This document shows positions 58,889 to 64,000 of a stretch of DNA of 64,000 bases, one piece after another. This stretch comes from an uncultured Actinomycetes bacterium. Lineage in GTDB: Bacteria; Actinomycetota; Thermoleophilia; Gaiellales; JAICJC01. The notes below the pieces were generated by a model, which was given only the letters and a program-made list of their open reading frames with translations, ran no database searches and had not been told where the DNA came from. Location: assembly GCA_963821535.1 (NCBI GenBank), contig CAWGEC010000014.1:3086-67085 (forward strand), given 5' to 3'. Made by a program: the position numbers and the translations under genes. How positions within the stretch are numbered: position 1 is the first letter of the stretch; the number at the start of each line of letters is the position of its first letter.

Positions 58889-60212
58889 CTACGCGATGTG
58901 GCTGAGGGTCTGGTCGGCCAGGCGGACCAGACGCCGGCCCGCGGACGCGGAGGCCGCGTGATCTGCGAGCCCCGCCAGATGCTTCAGGTCGGCCGCTGCG
59001 CCGTCGACCTCGGTGCGGATCTGGGCGAACAGCACCCGGAACCGCTCGGCCTCGGCGAGGTGCGCGGCCTCCACGTCGCCGCCCACCCGGAGCGCATCGA
59101 GCATCTGGAGCTTCTGCGTCACGGCCTCGACCGCCAGACCAAGGTCGTCGATCAGCTGCTGCGCGGTCGCGAGCTTGGCGTCGAGCGTGGAGGCGCTCCG
59201 TGCGGACGCGGTCAGGAGCAGCCGGACGTTGGCCTCGGCGTCCTCGTCACCCCCGCCCCTCTCGAGCTCGTCGAGGAAGTAGAGCGCCATCTCGGCCTGG
59301 ATCTTCGCCAGGCAGACGTCGAAGCCCACGTCGCCGGTCGCCTCGCGGGTCGGCTCGACGGCGTGCGCCGCCGCGTGGATCGCCGCCTCGGTCTCGCCCG
59401 CCTCTCGCCGCATCAGCATCGCGATCGCCGCGAGCACGCGGCCGTCGTCGCCCAGGCGGCTGGCGCTGATCGTCGCGTTCAGGGCCGAGAGACGGGCCCG
59501 CTCGGCCATCGCAGCGAGCTGGGCCGCCTTGCCGTCGAGGCCGCGCTCGAGCTCGGTGTAGCGGTCGAGCTGCGCGAACACCCGGTCGAGCGCCCGCTTG
59601 AGCGCGAGGCAGTCGCCCGCGATACCTGAGAGCCCCCCGGTCACGGAGTGGCCCAGCGCGGCGTCGCGACGCGCGAGCTCGGCCGGGAGGAAGTGGCGCA
59701 TGAGGTCGTCGTACGAGGCGAATCCCGCCTTGCCGATCAGCTCGACGAGCAGCTCGAGGCCGGCGGCGACCACCTCCTTGCGCGGCGTCCCGGCGGCCTC
59801 GAGGGTGCGCTCATGGGCCCGCACCTGGGCGTAGAGCGGCTCGACGACATCGAGGATCCCGGCGGTCGGCTTGATCCGCACCGACAGGTAGCCGCCGTCC
59901 TCGGTCGGCGCAACCGTCGCGACCACCCAGTAGTGGTTGCCGTTCTTGGCGAGGTTCTTGACGTACGCCGCGATCGGGACGCCCCGCCTCGAGGTAGTCC
60001 CAGAGGATCTGGAACACGGCGCGCGGCATGTCCGGATGGCGGACGAGGTTGTGGGCGCGCCCGACGAGCTCGTCGCGGCCGTACCCGGAGACGCGGACGA
60101 AGACGCTGTTCCCGCTGGTGATGATGCCCTTCCGGTCAGTCGCCGAGAAGAAGAGCTCGTCGACCTCGAAGGGCTGCTCGGTCGATCCGGGTGAGCTGGG
60201 CCGCGGTTCCAT
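58889..60212 (-). pseudogene. Soluble PAS-domain (Aer-like) protein with a degenerate MCP-signalling-like C-terminal domain, one frameshift near 59968-59978
   Basis: The PAS part LFFSATDRKGIITSGNSVFVRVSGYGRDELVGRAHNLVRHPDMP is in ORF 59811..60350. IAAYVKNLAKNGNHYWVVATVAP and the helical domain (RLSALNATISASRLGDDGRVLAAIA) are in ORF 58889..59926. Length is 3n+1. Confidence 0.7.
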
Positions 60213-60459
60213 GGGTGACGGCGCCGGCACTTCTGCCGCGCCTACCCCCTTATCGACCGCGGCGGGCAGGAGTGGAGTGCCGCGGGCACGTGTGGGCTCC
60301 TGACGTGCGAGGGTCAGGCACATGCCCGCGGCACTTCCAGTGTCTGCCAATCTCGGCTGTGGTCAAGTCCGGATAATTGATGGAGAACCCGCGACCGGGC
60401 TGTTGACCCTCGCCCGCCGGGGCGAGACCATCGACGTGACAGGTTCTGGAGGGGTGGGG

Positions 60460-60915
60460 ATGGCGCACGGCGCGCATCGCAGGAGTCGAAGGCTCATCGG
60501 AACGGGATTGGCCGCGCTTGCGGTGCTCGCCGTGCCGTCCGCCGCCCAGGCGCGCGGATCGATCCTCGCGGTCTCGCCGCACCACCTGAAGTTCGGCCGG
60601 CAGCCGTTCGGGAGCTTCACGAACCGGACGGTCACGATCACCAATCGGTCGTCGCGCACCCTGGCTGTGACGATCACCGACCAGTCGCCCGATGACTTCT
60701 CGCCCGGCCAGCCCGGATCGACGTGCTTCCTCTCGTTCACGGTGAACGTACTCGGCCCGGGCGACTCGTGCACCATGATCATCGGGTTCGAGCCGGCGCC
60801 CCCGTTCAGCGGGCGCGAGCGGGCCGACATGACCGTGACCGCTGCGACGGAGAGGGGGAAGATCCTGCGCACCCGGCACGTCCGGATCACCGGCGTCGGC
60901 GTACCGGCAAGCTGA
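60460..60915 (+). CDS. Secreted protein with ASH/choice-of-anchor-D-like (PapD-fold) beta-sandwich domain
   Basis: Signal peptide RRLIGTGLAALAVLAVPSAAQA, then LAVSPHHLKFGRQPFGSFTNRTVTITNRS...LGPGDSCTMIIGFEP. GGAGGGGTGGGG lies before the ATG at 60460. Confidence 0.6.
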   Translation: MAHGAHRRSRRLIGTGLAALAVLAVPSAAQARGSILAVSPHHLKFGRQPFGSFTNRTVTITNRSSRTLAVTITDQSPDDFSPGQPGSTCFLSFTVNVLGPGDSCTMIIGFEPAPPFSGRERADMTVTAATERGKILRTRHVRITGVGVPAS

Positions 60916-61045
60916 CCCGCAGGCCACCCCGGCGAATGCGACCCGTCAGGAATGGGTAATGTTGGCGCTGGAGTGGGAATTCCTAGAAGATCTGCCCGGG
61001 TCGGCCACGTGGGTAGGGGGCGCCGGCCCGGAGAAGGAGGGGTGG

Positions 61046-61300
61046 ATGACCGACCAGACGCAGATTCGACGTGACCCGCTTGTAGAGCACGCCGTTCCGC
61101 TCGTCGCCAAGGCGATGTTCCTCGCCGACGACGCGAACGACCTGTGGGAGTACTTCCGCGACCGCGTCGACGCGGAGCGGCACAGGATCGTGGAGGACGC
61201 GATCCGCGAGGCGCTCGAACCGCTCGAGGAGCGCTTCGCGATGGACGCGATCGCGCGCGTGGCGGCCACGATGGCAGCGGAGCGGGTGCGCGAGGACTAG
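61046..61300 (+). CDS. Hypothetical protein (84 aa)
   Basis: Strong SD GAGAAGGAGGGG before the ATG at 61046, with a helical acidic composition. Confidence 0.55.
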   Translation: MTDQTQIRRDPLVEHAVPLVAKAMFLADDANDLWEYFRDRVDAERHRIVEDAIREALEPLEERFAMDAIARVAATMAAERVRED

Positions 61301-61621
61301 CGCCTCAGCGCCGACCGGCGCCCGCCCGTTCCATGCGTTCCCTGGCCTCGATCACCAGTCGCGTCACCCGGTGGAGGTCGTCGGAGCCGTGGATGTCGCC
61401 GGAGCGCGAAGCTGACGCTCAGGCATCGGAGCGGCGGGCCCTGACCCGCTGGCCCCGGCGCGCGTCTCGCGGCACCGAGAACGGATGGGCATAGACCCAC
61501 CCGGGGGCGCCCACGACCTCGGCGCCGCTCTTGCTGTCCTCCGAAGGGGTGCCCGCCCGGTAGCCCACTTCGAGTGGATACCCGCCCCAGGCGGGGCGGA
61601 AACCGCCGCAAACAGGCGAAA

Positions 61622-61686
61622 TGGGCGGTGACGGGATCGAACCGCCGACCCCCTGCTTGTAAGGCAGGTGCCTTACCACCAAGTGT
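61622..61686 (-). other. 3' fragment of a tRNA-Val(TAC) gene (anticodon arm, variable loop, T arm, 3' acceptor strand); putative att repeat
   Basis: On the minus strand: CCTGC-CTTACAA-GCAGG, GGCGG-TTCGATC-CCGTC, ACCGCCC-A. No complementary 5' acceptor strand (GGGCGGT) or canonical D stem lies upstream. A tyrosine integrase is immediately adjacent. Confidence 0.65.
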
Positions 61687-61732
61687 GGAATATTCTTCAC
61701 CCGCTGTACGTTCTTCTTGATGGAGGACATCA

Positions 61733-62654
61733 GTGGAATCGACACCTGTACACGACCTGATCCGAGCCTACGACGGCAGTCTGCGGCGCAGAGGGCACGC
61801 CGCGTCAAGCCGCCACCGTAACGGCCACTACCTGCGCGACTTCGCCCAGTGGGCCGGCGACCGGGAACCCGGCCAGATCACGGCTTCGCAGATCGAGCTC
61901 GGGTTCATCGCGGACTGGTGCGACCAGTTCGAGCAGCGGAATGGCAGACCGCCCAAGCCGCGCACCGTGCGCAACATGATCGGGCAGCTTCGCGTCCTCT
62001 ACGCCTTCGCCGACAAGTTCGACTTACTGGTGGACGCCGATGGGCGACCGGCTCGCAACCCGATGACCAAGATCGATCCGCCGAAGGTGAAACGCCAGAT
62101 CAAGGAGTGGTTGACACCGGACGAATACGAGCGGCTGCTGGCTGCGGCCGCCACCGAGGACGAGAGGTTCTTGATCGCCTGGCTTGGCATGTCCGCCATG
62201 CGCATCTCCGAAGCGGGCAGCGTCACGTGGCGCGACGTGGATATGGCCAGACACCCGGCTCGATCTTGATCCGCGAGTCGAAGACTGACGGGGGTATGCG
62301 CCGGATCACGATGACGAGCGAGCTTCGAGTGCATCTTCAGCAGCATCTCGTTCGGCAGCGCAAGCGCGGCTTGGCCGACCCGGATTGCCCGGTACTCTGC
62401 ACAGAAACCGCAACGGCATCAAGGAGCAGCAGGCGAACCGCACACTCAAGCGGGTCGCCAAGCGCGCGGGGATCACGAAGACCATCTCTTGCCATGCGCT
62501 GCGCCGATCCTGGGCGATGCATGCGGTGACGCTGATGAGCATCGAGTCAGTGGCGGCGCATCTCGGCCATGCCGACAGCAGCACGACGGCCGCGCACTAT
62601 GCCCGCGTGCAACACGCTCAGGTTGAAGCCGAGATCATGCGAGCGTTCGGATGA
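61733..62654 (+). pseudogene. Tyrosine recombinase/phage integrase, two frameshifts near 62245-62255 and 62398-62405
   Basis: N-terminal SAM-like domain in ORF 61733..62269. ILIRESKTDGGMRRITM in ORF 61849..62529. ISCHALRRSWA (HxxR) and LGHADSSTTAAHYARV (catalytic Tyr) in ORF 62385..62654. Confidence 0.8.
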
Positions 62655-63571
62655 TCTTCCCAGAACCAGCATCGACGATCACGGAGCCGGTGCCTTCCGG
62701 GCATGCCTGCCGGTGGCTCGCAAACCTTCCGGTGGACCGGGCGTCGTCGGCCGAGTTCGGCTTCTGGACATGGTTTGCGGACTCTCAATGTCCGTTCCGA
62801 AGCTGCCCGTGAGCTTGCCGGAGAACTGGATTCGGAAGGTTCGTCGTGGCTAGCGGGATTCCGGGCATTCCCGCAAGATCTATCTGGAACAGCTACTTCG
62901 GCTCGTTGATGGTCAGGAGGTTCGGGCCTTGACCGCGCAGGCGATGGACATGTTTGGGGTCGTCGCTCGGTCGGTGCGCCAGGCGATGGCCGACTTGGCA
63001 TGGGGCGGCTACGTCAGGCGGCAGCGGGTCGGCAAACAGGTTCGAGCCCTGTTGCGCCCATTTTCCCGCTTAACCATGCGGGTTTGCGGGGCACGCGAAG
63101 GGGATCGAAACTGCGCCGCTGGCCTGCCTAGCCTAGCTGATTCCAGGGCTGTGATAGGGCTCCGCACCTGCGTTGGCGACATTTGCCCGGGCGATCCGGA
63201 TTCGGCGGAGCAGCTCGCCGACGCCAAATCGAGGCCACCGCTCATGGCTATGCGGCGTTACTCACCGCCCAGCCGGGACCGCCCGACCCGACCGCAGTCA
63301 ACTGTGCCGCCAAGCAGGCGGTGAACGCGGCGCTCGCGTTGATCCGTGGCCGGGCAGCGCTGTGACCGAGAACCAGTCCGAGGGGGTTTCCGCCCGTCAT
63401 ACGGTGCCCCAAGCTCGGCGTGCGTTCGGCCCACGATCACAGCTGTGGATTCGGCGTCAAGACGTCCAGCTACACCGCCTCGGCCGCTAAGTCGTGCTGT
63501 GTGCCGCGGCATGAGAGGACGTACGTTGGCGAAGTGGCATACTGCCACCGCCACCAACTGGGAGGAAGAAA

Positions 63572-63927
63572 ATGGCTCGGGAAGCAGTGATCGGCCCCGC
63601 GATCTACGAGGAAGTGAACAAGCTCGTAGCCGATGGCAAGACCCGGACTGAGGCCTTCGCTGCTGTCGCCAAGAAGCGCAAGGCCCGTGATGGCACCGTC
63701 GCGGCCAACTACTACCGAGTGGCTCGGCAGCAGGGGGCCACACCGGCCGCCGCCGGAAGCGCCGTGCTGCGCCGGCATCTGCTCGTACGACCGGCAGGCC
63801 GCGGACAGCCGTGGCATCGAGAACCGATGATCTGGCGGCTCTCGCCAAGCAGATAGGTGATCTCACTCAGGAGCTTGTGCGCAAGGTGGAGGAGCGAGAT
63901 CGGGCCATCCGCCAACTTCTCGGCTGA
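63572..63927 (+). pseudogene. Hypothetical island protein, apparent frameshift near 63755-63765
   Basis: GGGAGGAAGAAAATG start with a protein-like N-terminus MAREAVIGPAIYEEVNKLVADGKTRTEAFAAVAKK. The coiled C-terminus DDLAALAKQIGDLTQELVRKVEERDRAIRQLLG is in another frame and ends at the TGA at 63925-27. Confidence 0.4.
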
Positions 63928-64000
63928 CATAGGATCGCCCGGGCCGACAGATGGCGAGCGCGTAGTCCGGCTCGGCGGTTCCAGATCCCGCCACTGAAGA

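Noticed and set aside
61306-61420. Minus-strand peptide ...SGDIHGSDDLHRVTRLVIEARERMERAG resembling the GDxHG N-terminus of a metallophosphoesterase. It is in frame with the upstream 61419.. ORF across a TGA.
   Set aside because: Only about 35 aa long, it ends at a stop at 61306 with no in-frame start. At most it is a gene remnant next to the att site, too short to support a call.
61419-61808. 129-aa minus-strand ORF spanning the tRNA-Val fragment and the integrase upstream region.
   Set aside because: It reads through the tRNA-like sequence and has no credible start downstream of it, so it is most likely non-coding.

Overview
This 64-kb window is mostly high-G+C, Actinobacteria-like chromosome, with GTG starts, GTGA/ATGA start-stop overlaps and Tat/lipoprotein signal peptides. 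From left to right it contains the following. (1) A 2.2-kb left end with visibly different codon usage (Rieske-like fragment, pdxA-family gene, Zn-ADH 3' fragment) abuts a 5'-truncated kbl at 2223/2225; this is probably a chimeric join. (2) A cation/proton antiporter is followed by a carbohydrate-utilisation locus: ROK-SIS, bicupin, ABC sugar importer, GH4 glycosidase, BadF-type kinase, MsiK-like ATPase and a Gfo/Idh/MocA oxidoreductase. (3) Next come sthA, PilZ and PRC-barrel proteins and a five-gene Opp/Dpp-type peptide importer. (4) Then an adenylate cyclase, DUF899, an S51-like protein, a UBP-zinc-finger plus cNMP-binding flavoprotein pair, and an ECF sigma factor. (5) tRNA-Lys, GDPD, an agmatinase-family gene and tRNA-Glu precede a gene-poor, visibly lower-G+C, pseudogene-rich segment (about 31.1-38 kb, perhaps to 40 kb). 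That segment holds an HNH endonuclease, a LuxR regulator, a lysin-like hydrolase and two copies of an unclassified structured repeat. (6) A formate dehydrogenase cluster has a catalytic subunit with an in-frame TGA at the selenocysteine position plus a SECIS-like hairpin, and its Fe-S N-terminal module is encoded separately downstream. (7) A same-strand string PilZ-like / histidine kinase / response regulator / MCP / esterase is followed by cell-wall hydrolase, rhodanese, dCMP deaminase and a PAS chemoreceptor-like gene. (8) A 255-bp hairpin cluster bounded by inverted repeats fills the gap between two convergent genes. (9) A tRNA-Val 3' fragment sits next to a frameshifted tyrosine integrase, marking an integrated element that runs off the right edge. 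At least 13 otherwise well-conserved genes are interrupted by frameshifts. All ten single-shift cases have total length 3n+1, which looks more like systematic one-base insertion errors than natural decay. I saw no CRISPR array, rRNA or recognisable defence system. The most unusual items are the two non-coding structured elements and the recoded, split FDH.
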